A stretch of 64,000 nucleotides of DNA from NCBI GenBank assembly GCA_963720365.1, contig CAVRFK010000003.1, positions 32,381 to 96,380 on the forward strand. Reading direction: 5' to 3'. Shown one piece after another: positions 53,132 to 63,332 of the stretch; positions within the stretch are counted from its first letter, which is position 1, and each line of letters begins with the position of its first letter. Made by a program: the position numbers and the translations under genes. The stretch is from an uncultured Gemmatimonadales bacterium (GTDB lineage Bacteria > Gemmatimonadota > Gemmatimonadetes > Gemmatimonadales > GWC2-71-9). The notes beneath the pieces are model-generated. The model made no database searches. It had not been told where the DNA came from and saw only the letters and a program-made list of their open reading frames with translations.

Positions 53132-54412
53132 TCAAAGCGGCAAGCGAAGCACCACCGTCGGCTGGAGTTCGTCGGGCTCGGCGATGCGGCCGTCCTCGCC
53201 GAAGCGCTCCCACTGACTGTTCGCCACGTAGTAGAGCGCGTCGCCGACCAGGACCCCGAGGGTCGGCTCGTTGTAGCGCGGATGCGCCCGCTCCAGGATC
53301 TCGCCCCGAATCACCCGGTCGCCGGCCTTGCTCAGGGTGAAGCGGCTGACCCGATGAGGCTGGACTCCGTTCTGAATGCCGATGAGCTTGCCGTCCCGCC
53401 AGTAGAGACCGTCGATCCCCAGGGGGAGCACGCTGTCCGCGGCCTCGAGCGCCGTCACGGTTCGGGCCTGCAGGTCCACCCGCAGGAGACCTCGCGCGTA
53501 GTCGGCGACATAGAGCGTTCGCTCGTCCGGCGTCAGCGCCAGTCCCTGCGCGGAGAGGAACAGGGGAGACTCCAGGAACCGCTCCAGGGTGTCGCCCCTG
53601 GCCGGGATCCGCCAGAGCACCGGTGCGCGGCTGTCGGTCGCGTAGACGTCGCCGGCGCGGGTCACGATCAGGTCGCCGAGGGCGTGAGGCGTGCTGTCGG
53701 CGGGCACGTCGTAGCGCTTGGCCAGCTTGCTGGTGCGCAGATCGTAGCGGAGGACGCCGCTGCGGCCGCTGTCCGCGGGGACATGCCCCGTCGTATGCGG
53801 CATCGCGGTAGAAGCCGCCCAGAGCGCCTGCCGCTTGGAATCCACCCGCAACCCGAGCGCGGCCCAATGGGCCGGCTCGTCCGGCGCGAGCTGGGTGACC
53901 GCGCCGCCCTTGGCGACGCGGAGGATCTGCCCCCGGCGGACCGAGCTGACGTAGAACGCCTCCGTCTTCGGGTCGTAGGCGATGCCCTCGGTGAGCAGCT
54001 CCCGCTCGGGCACCTCGAAGGCCACGCTGCTCGGGGAAACCGGCTGGCGATTCTGCTCCAGCCTCCGCGTCACCTCGGCATAGGCCTCGTTGCCGCGCAG
54101 GCGGACGAAGTCGGAGTCCGTCGCGAGGTCGGCCGAGTAGCCGAGCACGGCGAAGTGCCGCAGGGTGGCGATGGCGCCCGCGGTATCTCCCGTCAGGGCG
54201 TAGGCGGAGGCCAGGGCGTAGGTGACGCCGCCGTGGGCCGGGCGGAGGGCCTGCGCCTGGCGGGCGTGGTCCAGAAAGGCGGGAAGGTCGCGGGACTCGT
54301 AGGCCCGAACGGCCGCCCGGTAGTGGGCCCGGGACTCGGCGACTGGGTCGCCCTGGGCCTGGAGCAGGGCGGGCAGGGCGGCGGCCAGCAGCAGGACGCG
54401 GAGCATGGTCAT
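53132..54412 (-). CDS. exported protein with N-terminal TPR-like helices and SMP-30/gluconolactonase/LRE-like beta-propeller repeats
   Basis: 426-aa ORF. Signal MTMLRVLLLAAALPALLQAQG. Repeated ..EGIAYDP.., ..LYVAD.., ..DGLYW.. blade-like motifs. Function not assignable. Confidence 0.45.
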   Translation of the reverse strand: MTMLRVLLLAAALPALLQAQGDPVAESRAHYRAAVRAYESRDLPAFLDHARQAQALRPAHGGVTYALASAYALTGDTAGAIATLRHFAVLGYSADLATDSDFVRLRGNEAYAEVTRRLEQNRQPVSPSSVAFEVPERELLTEGIAYDPKTEAFYVSSVRRGQILRVAKGGAVTQLAPDEPAHWAALGLRVDSKRQALWAASTAMPHTTGHVPADSGRSGVLRYDLRTSKLAKRYDVPADSTPHALGDLIVTRAGDVYATDSRAPVLWRIPARGDTLERFLESPLFLSAQGLALTPDERTLYVADYARGLLRVDLQARTVTALEAADSVLPLGIDGLYWRDGKLIGIQNGVQPHRVSRFTLSKAGDRVIRGEILERAHPRYNEPTLGVLVGDALYYVANSQWERFGEDGRIAEPDELQPTVVLRLPL

Positions 54413-54498
54413 GGGGGTGGGGTTTGAGGTGAAAACGGGTCCTCTTCAGCGCTACGGACGCCGCTGAGGCCAGGTTCCACACGCCCCAGGCGGGCGCA

Positions 54499-54527
54499 TT
54501 GCCGAGGTCCCGACCGCCAAGTATTTT
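54499..54527 (+). promoter_or_regulatory. candidate promoter for dusB operon (TTGCCG-N17-TATTTT), leaderless start implied
   Basis: The -10-like hexamer at 54522-54527 ends 6 nt before ATG 54534. Confidence 0.35.
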
Positions 54528-54533
54528 CCGGGC

Positions 54534-55513
54534 ATGCAGTTGCCCTTCCCGAGCGAGCACAGGTTTCCCCTTATCCTCGCACCCATGGCCGGCGTCTCCG
54601 AGGCGCCGTACCGCCAGGTGTGCCGCCGGATGGGCGCGGACGTCGTGATCTCCGAGTTTCTCTCGTCGGAGGCGATCCGACGCCGGATCCGGCGCACGCT
54701 GGAGGGCGCCGAGTTCGAGGAGGTCGAGCGGCCGATCGGCATCCAGATCTACGGCTCCGATCCGGCGGCGATGGAGGAGGCGGCGCGGCTCATCACCGAG
54801 CATTACAAGCCGGAGTTCATCGACATCAACTTCGGCTGCCCGGTCAAGAAAGTGGTGCAGCGGAACGGCGGCTCCGGCTGTCTCCGGGATCTCGAGCTGG
54901 TGGACCGGATCATCAAGGCGGTGATCGGCGCGACCCACCTCCCGGTCACGGCCAAGACCCGGAGCGGGTGGAGCGACCAGTCCCGCGACCCCGTCGGCAT
55001 CGCGCTCCGGATGCAGGATGCCGGCGTGCGAGCCTTCACCCTGCACGCCCGCACCCGCACCCAGATGTTCTCCGGCCGCGCCGACTGGGATGAAATCGCG
55101 AAGGTGGTCGAGGCGCTGGAGATTCCGGTGTTCGGCAACGGTGACGTCTCCACCGCCGCCGACATCGTGCGGATGCGCGATCACACCGGGTGCGCGGGCG
55201 TCATGGTCGGGCGCGGCGCCTTCGGCAATCCCTGGCTCTTCCGCGACGGCCAGGCGCTGCTCGCCGGCGAGCCCCAGCCGCCGGCCCCGACCGCGCACGA
55301 GCGGTTCCAGGTCGCCCTGGATCACGCGCGGCTCGCGCTCCGGCTCCAGGGCGACACCCGCAAGACCGTGATCGAGTTCCGCAAGCACCTCGGCTGGTAC
55401 ACCAAGGGACTGCATGGCGCGAGCGAGCTGCGCCAGCGACTCTTCCAGATCGAGTCGGTGGCCGAGGCGGAGTCGATCTTCCTCGAGTACCTCGACCCGG
55501 TCGCCCACGTGGC

Positions 55514-55517
<4 letters not shown>
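54534..55517 (+). CDS. dusB: tRNA-dihydrouridine synthase
   Basis: LILAPMAGVSEAPYRQVCRRMGADVVISEF, DINFGCPVKKV, AFTLHARTR, PVFGNGDV. Confidence 0.85.
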
Positions 55518-56262
<745 letters not shown>

Positions 56263-56266
<4 letters not shown>

Positions 56267-57213
56267 CCATCCGCACCGTCGTGGAAAAATCGGAGCCGCG
56301 CTTCGTCTGGCTCGACGTGGTGGACCCGAGTCCGGAGGAGCTCGACGAGCTGACCGCCGACTACGGCCTCCATCCGCTCGCGGTCGCCGACTGCCTCGAC
56401 CCCGAGCACCTGCCCAAGCACGAAGTCTTCGAGAACCACACCTTCGTCATCCTGCGCGCGATGGACGAGTCCGCCTCGAAGACGGCCGATTCGGTGCAGG
56501 AGCTCACCCGGAAGACCGCGCTCTTCTTCGGGCAGGGGTTCCTGATCACGGTCCACCGCAAGGACCAGGCGTGGCTCACGGCGCTCCAGCAGCGCTGCCT
56601 CACCGGTCTCCCCAACAAGCAGGCGGCGCGCAGCGAAGGGATCCAGGCCCATCTCCTCGCGCAGCTCTTCAATGCCGCGCTCGACACCTATCAGCGTCCG
56701 CTGGAGAACATCGAGAACCGGCTGGACCAGTTCGACACCAAGGTCTTCGAGGGGAGCACCGCGCCGGGGCCGAGCTTCCGCTCGGATCTCAGGGAGATCC
56801 ACTGCCTCAAGCGACAGCTCACGCTCAGCAAGCGGCTGCTCTGGCGGACGGTGGACGTGACCCAGCGGATGGTGCCCGCCGCCGGGCGCGCCGGCACGCT
56901 GTTCCGCGACGTGCAGGAGAACGCCGAGAGCTATCACTTCTACGCCGATGAGCTGGTGGAGGACGCGAACACCCTGCTGAACGTGCAGCTCGCGCTGGCT
57001 TCGCATCGGACGAGCGAGGTCATGCGGGTGCTGACGGTCTTCTCCGTCTTCTTCCTCCCGCTCACCTTCATCGTCGGCGTCTACGGGATGAACTTCGAGT
57101 TCATGCCCGAGCTGCGCGAGCGCTGGGGATATCCCGCCGTCCTGGCCTTCATGGCCGTGGTGACGCTCGCGATCTATCGCTGGTTCCGCAGCCGTGGCTG
57201 GCTCGGCCGATGA
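56263..57213 (+). CDS. corA: CorA family divalent-cation transporter
   Basis: 316-aa ORF with the YGMNFEFMPEL signature (GMN) between two C-terminal TM helices. ATGA overlaps on both sides. Confidence 0.85.
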
Positions 57214-58651
57214 GCTTCTGGACGCTGCTCATCGGCATCCTGGTGGGCGTCGGCGGGGCGATGGCGCTCATCCGGCGCGCGCGGGTGAGCGGCGTGGCGC
57301 CGGGTGTGTCGCCGCATCTGCTGCCGGACCCCGCCCTCGAGTGGCTGCGGCGGGCGCACGGCGCCGCCGGCGTGTGGGTGGCGGAGATGAGCAGCGGCGA
57401 CGGCGAGCCGCACGCCGAGCGGGTGGTGGACGCCGAGCGGCTGTCGGTCGCCCAGATCGTGGCGGTGGACCGCCGGCTCGAGCGGGCGCAGAGACCAGGA
57501 GCAGAGCGGCGCCGAGCGGATGGAGGGCGGCACGCTCGTCTTCCACGCGGCCGCGGGAGTCGCGGTCGGGCTGCTGGTGCCGGGCAGCCCCGACTCGGCC
57601 CGCCTGGAGGCGGCGGAGAGCGACCTCCGGCGCCTGGCGGACGGCGTGCGCCGGCGGCCGCAGATCGTGCAGCTCGCGCAGGCCAGCACCCAGGAAGCGT
57701 CCCTGGAGTCGGTGGGGAGCGTCGGGCTCAGGCTCGCCTACCAGCTCGAGCGGATGCTCGACGCCCAGGTCGTCGTGGCCGCGTTCGAGCGTGGCGACTG
57801 AGCTGGGCGACGAGCCGGACACGGCCGGCACCGTGCGCGTCATCGGCGTCTCCGGCCGCGGCGACCGCCGACTGCTGGACTCGGTGCTCCCGCCCGACAG
57901 CGATCTCGCCCGCGTCGCCCGAGGCGAGATGGACCCGATCTTCTTCGAGGGCGACCCGCTCGCCGGCGTGGTGCCGGACCGCCGCCAGCGGCCCGGCGCC
58001 GTGCTCGTGTTGCCGATGCGCGCCGGCGAGCGCCACGTCGGCGGCGTCGCGCTGTGGCCACCGGGCGGGCGCGAGCCGACGGGCGGCGTGCGCGCGGAGA
58101 TCCTCGCCTCGCTCGCCAACGCCGGGCCCCGCGTGGTGACCGCGATGGAGGCCGACCGGCTCAAGGAGAAGACCCGGCTCGATCCGCTCACCGGCCTGCT
58201 CAACCGGCGGGGGCTGGATGCCGTGCTGAACCGGGTGGACGTGGGCGACGGCGCCGTCATCTACGCCGACCTCGACAAGTTCAAGGATCTGAACGACAAG
58301 CTGGGGCACCCCGCAGGCGACGCCGCGCTCATCCACTTCGCGCGGATCATCCGGGAACAGGTCCGGAACGGCGACGTCGGTGCGAGGATCGGCGGGGAAG
58401 AGTTCGCCATCTGGCTCCCGGCCGCGCGGCTGGACGTGGGCTACCGGATCGCCGAGCGGATCAGGATCAAGCTCAACACGACGCCGTGGGACTGGCGGGG
58501 GCGGGCCTGGGCGCTGAGCGCGTCGTTCGGCGTGTCGGCGTGTCCGGAGACCGGGCGGGAGGTGGGAGATCTCATTCCGCAGGCGGATGCGGCGCTGTAC
58601 GTGGCGAAGAACAGCGGGCGGAACCGGGTGGAGAGGGCGGGGGGGAGGTAG
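57210..58651 (+). CDS. membrane-anchored diguanylate cyclase (GGDEF domain), two frame breaks
   Basis: ATG 57210 with TM (LLIGILVGVGGAMALI). Middle piece is ORF 57520..57801. The C-terminal piece in ORF 57194..58651 carries DPLTGLLNRRG, DLDKFKDLNDKLGHPAGD, RIGGEEF and AALYVAKNSGRNRV. Breaks near 57489 and 57793. Confidence 0.75.
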
Positions 58652-58660
58652 GGTGGACGG

Positions 58661-58692
58661 GCGGTCAGGCGGTCAGGCGGTCAGGCGGTCAG
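58661..58692 (+). repeat. tandem octamer array (GCGGTCAG)x4
   Basis: Four perfect head-to-tail copies starting 10 nt after the GGDEF stop. Confidence 0.9.
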
Positions 58693-58747
58693 GCGATGAA
58701 CGATCACGAATGTCGAAGTAAGTAATTGGCCACTTATGTACTTACAT

Positions 58748-58780
58748 CTGACCGACTGACCGACTGACCAACCTGACCGC
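58748..58780 (+). repeat. tandem octamer array in inverse orientation (CTGACCGA, CTGACCGA, CTGACCAA, C+CTGACCGC)
   Basis: Reverse complement of the 58661-58692 unit (CTGACCGC), with the last base or two variable. Separated from the first array by a 55-nt AT-rich core. Confidence 0.85.
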
Positions 58781-58804
58781 CTCCCCGGACAATCGCCAAT
58801 CCAT

Positions 58805-58810
58805 TATCTT
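58805..58810 (+). promoter_or_regulatory. -10-like TATCTT upstream of ssrA
   Basis: Same hexamer as upstream of rplM, pccB and hisS. Ends 12 nt before the mature tmRNA 5' end. No good -35 hexamer. Confidence 0.3.
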
Positions 58811-58822
58811 CCCACGTCACCC

Positions 58823-59186
58823 GGGGGCGACTGGCTTCGACGGGTATGATGATGAAATTGCAGCGTGCCCAGGTCCCAGAATCCTGGTTAAACCATCTGG
58901 AACGTTTCAACTGCCAACACTGAACTGGCACTGGCCGCGTAAGCTGAGCTAACGCTCGCTTGATGCGCCTTCGGCAGACGAAGCCCGCCCGGGGCGGCGT
59001 CGGTCGAATCGTAAATCCGGGCTGGCCGATCGCATCGCTCCGATGCGTGAGGTGAGACTTCAGGAGCTCGGCCGAGGGGAGGTCGGTTCGGCACCGACCC
59101 GAGGCGACGGCAAGAAGACGAGCCTACGCACGTAGACGCAGTCTCGGAAGCGTATTCGGACCAGGGTTCGATTCCCTGCGCCTCCA
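58823..59186 (+). ncRNA. ssrA: transfer-messenger RNA (tmRNA), tag peptide ANTELALAA
   Basis: 5' GGGGGCGACUGGCUUCGACGGG pairs with 3' ..CGCCUCC-A (7 bp with G3-U). T-arm GGGTTCGATTCCC. Tag ORF GCC AAC ACT GAA CTG GCA CTG GCC GCG TAA at 58913-58942. The 3' CCA is not encoded. Confidence 0.9.
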
Positions 59187-59194
59187 TCAACACC

Positions 59195-59235
59195 AACGGC
59201 GGGCGAGATCATGCGATCTCGCCCGCCGTTTGTTG
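59195..59235. terminator. perfect 16-bp hairpin after ssrA (bidirectional terminator candidate)
   Basis: AACGGCGGGCGAGATC-ATGC-GATCTCGCCCGCCGTT followed by TGTTG. Lies between ssrA (+) and convergent 59257..59826 (-). Confidence 0.7.
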
Positions 59236-59256
59236 CTGCTATCCCTCCGCCGCCGA

Positions 59257-59826
59257 TCAGCTCACGCGGTCGGCGCAGAAGTGACCACCGGACTCCGACC
59301 CGACCACGCCGCTCTGCCACGTGCCGGCGAAGCCCTTGTCGGTGACCTGCTGGACCTGGAGCGCGGTGAACGCGCCGTCGAACCGGCGCACGCCCCACTT
59401 GTTGGCTTCCGATCCGATGCGCAGCATCACCCGCCCCGGGCCCTGCATGACCAGCACGCCTGGGCCGGTCGGCTCGGAGGCCTTGGGATCGCCCGGCGCG
59501 ACCGCGCCGACCGAGGCCAGGTCCACCTCGGTCATGCCGTAGAGGGGCATGGTGAAGCTGGTGTCCTTCATCCCATCGGCCGTTTGCACGCTGCGATAGG
59601 CGCTGTCCTGCTGCATGAGCGACAGCTTTCCCGCGGCTGTGCTGCCGCGTTTGGCCCCGGCCGTCGCAACCAGCCGCAGGGTGTACTCCCCGCCGAGTCC
59701 GTCGGCGGACACGCTCGCGGCCGGTGTTTCTACCGGAGCGCAGTTCTGCGGATCCGAGCTGCCCGCGTTGGCGCCGCTGCAACCCGCCAGCAGCAGCACG
59801 CCGCCGATTCGCCAGGAGGCGCTCAT
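59257..59826 (-). CDS. hypothetical lipoprotein
   Basis: ATG 59826 (ATGA overlap with the upstream protease stop). Lipobox GGVLLLAGCSG. 189 aa. No family recognised. Confidence 0.45.
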   Translation of the reverse strand: MSASWRIGGVLLLAGCSGANAGSSDPQNCAPVETPAASVSADGLGGEYTLRLVATAGAKRGSTAAGKLSLMQQDSAYRSVQTADGMKDTSFTMPLYGMTEVDLASVGAVAPGDPKASEPTGPGVLVMQGPGRVMLRIGSEANKWGVRRFDGAFTALQVQQVTDKGFAGTWQSGVVGSESGGHFCADRVS

Positions 59827-61346
59827 CGCTTGAGCACTCCGACCATGCGACCATCGGGCGTGATCCCGCGGATGGGATCGCTGATGATGTCGTTGACCAT
59901 GTGGCGGCCCCGTCGTTGTCCCGCGACGCGGATGGTGGGGAGGGTGAGCGTGAAGGGATCCGCGCCCCCCGCGTTCACCGTGTAGCCTAGGTCCTCGAGC
60001 GACCGAACCGAGATCGCGCTCAGAGGATTGACCCCGTCGCTCAGGAAGCCGGTCATGACTTCGGGATCGAAGATCTCGTCGCGCCAGTGGCTGTTGATGG
60101 TGCCGGCGCCACCCACGTCCATGACCGGGACCTTGGCGCCGCCGACGTAGGCGGTGCCGCCCGCCGCGTCGAACGCGGCGATCGCGCCCGACACCGGTGA
60201 AGTGGGGATCCTCTTCCGCCGGCGTATTCGGATCGGCTGGGTCCACCAGCAGGTCGAACCCACTCGGCGGCGGGCCCCACAGCGTGCCGAAGCCGAGCAC
60301 GTGGCCCATCTCGTGGAGGATGACGGCATTCAGCGCGCCCTCGGTCTCCAGCAGCTCCATGTCGTCCTCGTCGAACTGCATCCGCCCGATCACGGTCAGC
60401 CCCTCGCCCGTGGTGGCGCCGACCCGCACGAAGCAAGGGCCCGGCCTGGCCGAGCACGCCGAAGGGTCCGTCGATCGGCTCGATGGTCACGAAGATCGTC
60501 ACGTCGTCGAACGGACCGGGCGTCTCGGGATTGTCGCCGCAGGCATTCGGCAGGAAGCGTCTGATTCACGTCGTCGAGGTCGCCGGTGATCAGGGTTTCC
60601 CAGCGCAGCTCGGCCTCGGCGAACGCGAGCAGCTGGGCGTTGCTGAGGTCGGTGAGGTAGCGAACCGTGATGTTGTAGCCGCCCTGCTCGGCCGTGGTGG
60701 CGATGAACTCCAGGGGCTCGCCGTCGATCTCGGCGCCCTCGACCGACGCGGTCAGGGTGTTGACGCCGGACGCGCCGAGTCGCCAGGAGCCGAGCGTCGC
60801 GATGCCGCTGGCGTTCGTCGTCTGCAATTCGCCGGTGATCGTGCCACTCGCGGTGCCCACCGTGAAGCGGACCCGGACGCCCGGGACCGGATTGCTCGAC
60901 CCGTCCCGAACCCGCACCGACGGCGGCGTCGCGACCGCGGTACCGGAAGGAGCCGACTGGCCGTTGCCGTCCGCGATCTCGAGCGAGGCGGTGGATTGGA
61001 CCACGATCTCCGCGGTGGCCGTAGCCTCGCCCGCCGTGGCGGTGAGCTCGGCCGTGCCGGGTCCCTGCGCCGTCAACAGCCCGTCGGCCGTCACCGTCGC
61101 GATCGCGTTCGTCATCCGTGGACCAGGTGACCTGCCGCGTCGGTCAGCGTATTGCCGTCCGCATCCCGCACCGTCGCCGTGAGCTGCTGGCTCTGCCCGG
61201 CGGCGAGGAAGCTGATCTGGTCGGAGGAGCAGCTCGATCTCGGCGGGGACCTGAGGATCCGACCCTCCGCCGCCGCAGGCGCTGACCGCGACGAGAAGAG
61301 CCAACGTCCCGTGGAGCGAGTGGCGACGCCTGTACCAGGATGGCAT
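59823..61346 (-). pseudogene. lipoprotein with Big_2-like domains and leishmanolysin-like (M8) zinc metalloprotease domain; six frame changes as written
   Basis: ATG 61346, lipobox LLVAVSACGG. Ig-like VTWSTDD/NAIATVTADGLLTAQGPGTAELTATAG. Catalytic VILHEMGHVLGFG, and downstream GGAGTINSHWRDEIFDPEVMTG. Pieces lie in ORFs 60396..62417, 61112..61489, 60053..60502, 59257..60429 and 59823..60329. Confidence 0.6.
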
Positions 61347-61520
61347 TGGACGCTCGGGTAGATTGTGGGAGGGTCGGGGATCCACGGGCGGAGAAAAGCT
61401 AAGGAGGTTGGCCGTGAATCCGCCAGTCGCGACTTCTCTGTTGCAGCGAAAGTCGTGCCTGGGGCAGGCGTGATATCTTGCAACACCAACCCCTAAACGC
61501 CCGATGGGCTCTGAGGCAGC

Positions 61521-62765
61521 ATGCGATCGACCGAGGAGATCCGGTCCCACTTCCCCGCGCTCGCGCGGCGGCACCGCGACCGTCCGGTCGCCTACTTCGA
61601 CGGTCCCGGCGGCACCCAGGTGCCGAGCGCGGTCGTCCAGGCGATGACCGACTACCTGCTGCATCACAACGCCAACACGCACTGGCGCTATCCCAGCAGC
61701 CGGGAGACCGACGCGATCATCGAGGCCGCCCGGGAGAGCCTGGCCGATTTCCTCGGCGCCGACCGGTCCGAGATCGCGTTCGGGGCCAACATGACGACGC
61801 TGACGTTCCACCTCGCGCGCGGGCTGGGCCGCGCCTGGGGCCCGGGCGACGAGATCGTGGTGACCGAGCTGGACCACCACGCGAACATCGCGCCCTGGCG
61901 CGCGCTGGAGCGGGATCGCGGCATCAAGATCCGCAGCGTGCCGCTGGCGCTGGAGAGCGGCGCGCTCGACTGGGCCGCGCTGGAGGAGGCCCTGTCGCGC
62001 AAGCCGAAGCTGCTCGCGATCGGCGCCGCGTCCAACGCCCTCGGCACCATCACCGACGTGTCGAAGGCCGCCGCGATGGCCCGCGCGGCCGGCGCGCTCA
62101 CGTTCGTGGATGCGGTGCACTACGCACCCCACCGCCTGGTGGATGTCCGCGCCATCGGCTGTGACTTCCTCGCCTGCTCGGCCTACAAGTTCTACGGCCC
62201 TCACATCGGCGTGCTGTACGGCCGCGCGGAACGCCTCGCCGAGGTGGCCATCCCCAAGCTCGAGCCCGCCCCGGAGACCGCGCCGGAGCGGATGGAAACG
62301 GGCACCCAGAATCACGAGGGGATCGCGGGGGCCGGCGCGGCGGTGGAGTTCCTCGCCTCGCTCGCCGCGGGGTCGAACCGGCGGGCGCGGCTCCGCGCCG
62401 CGTTCGACGAGCTGCACCGTCGGGGACAGGCGCTGCTCGAGCGCTTGCTCGGCGGGCTCGGCTCGCTGGACGGCGTGCGGGTCTACGGCGTGCCGGCCTC
62501 CGCGCCGCGCACGCCGACGGTGGCGTTCACGGTCGCCGGCGCCGCCCCCGACGCGGTGGCGGACGCGCTGGCCGACGAGGCGGTCTTCGTCTCGACCGGC
62601 GACTTCTACGCCACGACGGTCGTGCAGCGATACGGTTTGGAGGAGAGCGGACTGATCCGGGCGGGCTGTGCGGCGTACACGACGGACGAGGAGGTGGACC
62701 GCCTGCTCGACGGCGTCGCGCGGGTGGCGCGACGCCGCCGGGCCGCGGTCAGCTCGCCGGCTTGA
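61521..62765 (+). CDS. class V aminotransferase, cysteine desulfurase-like protein
   Basis: 414-aa uninterrupted ORF. YFDGPGGTQVP, ELDHHANIAPW, and FLACSAYKFYGPH (PLP-lysine context). Confidence 0.7.
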   Translation: MRSTEEIRSHFPALARRHRDRPVAYFDGPGGTQVPSAVVQAMTDYLLHHNANTHWRYPSSRETDAIIEAARESLADFLGADRSEIAFGANMTTLTFHLARGLGRAWGPGDEIVVTELDHHANIAPWRALERDRGIKIRSVPLALESGALDWAALEEALSRKPKLLAIGAASNALGTITDVSKAAAMARAAGALTFVDAVHYAPHRLVDVRAIGCDFLACSAYKFYGPHIGVLYGRAERLAEVAIPKLEPAPETAPERMETGTQNHEGIAGAGAAVEFLASLAAGSNRRARLRAAFDELHRRGQALLERLLGGLGSLDGVRVYGVPASAPRTPTVAFTVAGAAPDAVADALADEAVFVSTGDFYATTVVQRYGLEESGLIRAGCAAYTTDEEVDRLLDGVARVARRRRAAVSSPA

Positions 62766-63325
62766 TCGGGACGACGACCTCGGTCTTCTCCCACTTGAGC
62801 ATGAGGTGCTGCGGCGCGGTCGCGGGATGGGGCTCGATGGTGAAGGTCTCGACCGGCTGGCTCAGCTTCTGGGCCGGCGCCTTGCCCCGGCCGACCTCCT
62901 GCGCCTCGACTTCCTTGGTGTACGAGCTCTCGTGGCCCCACTGGGAGGTGGATCGGTTCACGATCACCTCCCAGTCTTTTTCCCCCGGCACCGTGTAGAG
63001 CGAGTACTTGCCGGGTCGCCACCTTCACGCCGGCGATGTCGAGCGCGATGGGAGTGAAGATCACCGTCGGCTCGTTCGCTCCGGTGCGCCACAGCTTGCC
63101 GTATGGCACGCCCTTGCCGCCGATCATGGTGCGGCCGCGGGCGCTGGGGCGCCCGTAGCAGACCTTGATGGTCTGCTTCGCGAGCGTGAACGTGAGCGAG
63201 TCGAGCGGGCTCTGGCGTCCCTGCACGGGAACGTCGTTCGGGAGGAGCACGGGACAGGCGCTGTCCGCGACGGCCGGTGCCGGCGCGGCCGTGAGACTGA
63301 GCAGGGTAAGAGCGTAGAGCATCAT
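62749..63325 (-). CDS. DUF2911-like exported protein, one frame break
   Basis: ORF 62606..63325 N-part (signal, then KVCYGRPSARGRTMIGGKGVPYGKLWRTGANEPTVI) joins ORF 62749..62991 (PGKYSLYTVPGEKDWEVIVNR..) after removing one base near 63015-63022. Confidence 0.5.
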
Positions 63326-63332
63326 TGCGGCG

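Noticed and set aside
52674-55508. 944-aa antisense ORF, and similar long ORFs (28508..31084, 33544..35991, 31659..33662, 19397..21433, 45959..48121, 14479..16029, 12243..13601, 2968..4521)
   Set aside because: All lie opposite genes with clear family signatures, and all are Arg/Pro/Gly/Ala-rich low-complexity translations. These are the expected stop-poor shadow frames of very GC-rich DNA.
58661-58780. CRISPR array
   Set aside because: The units are 8 nt, directly abutting with no spacers, and the two blocks are in opposite orientation. No cas genes are present.
58734-59196. Small ORFs 58734..58931 and 58888..59196 (minus strand)
   Set aside because: They overlap the tmRNA gene antisense and have no coding signature.
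62749-62765. 17-nt convergent 3' overlap of the aminotransferase and DUF2911 genes, and the 4-nt gap between PPK2 and the pilin, as antisense regulation
   Set aside because: Tight convergent packing is common in compact GC-rich genomes. There is no structure or motif to support a regulatory claim.
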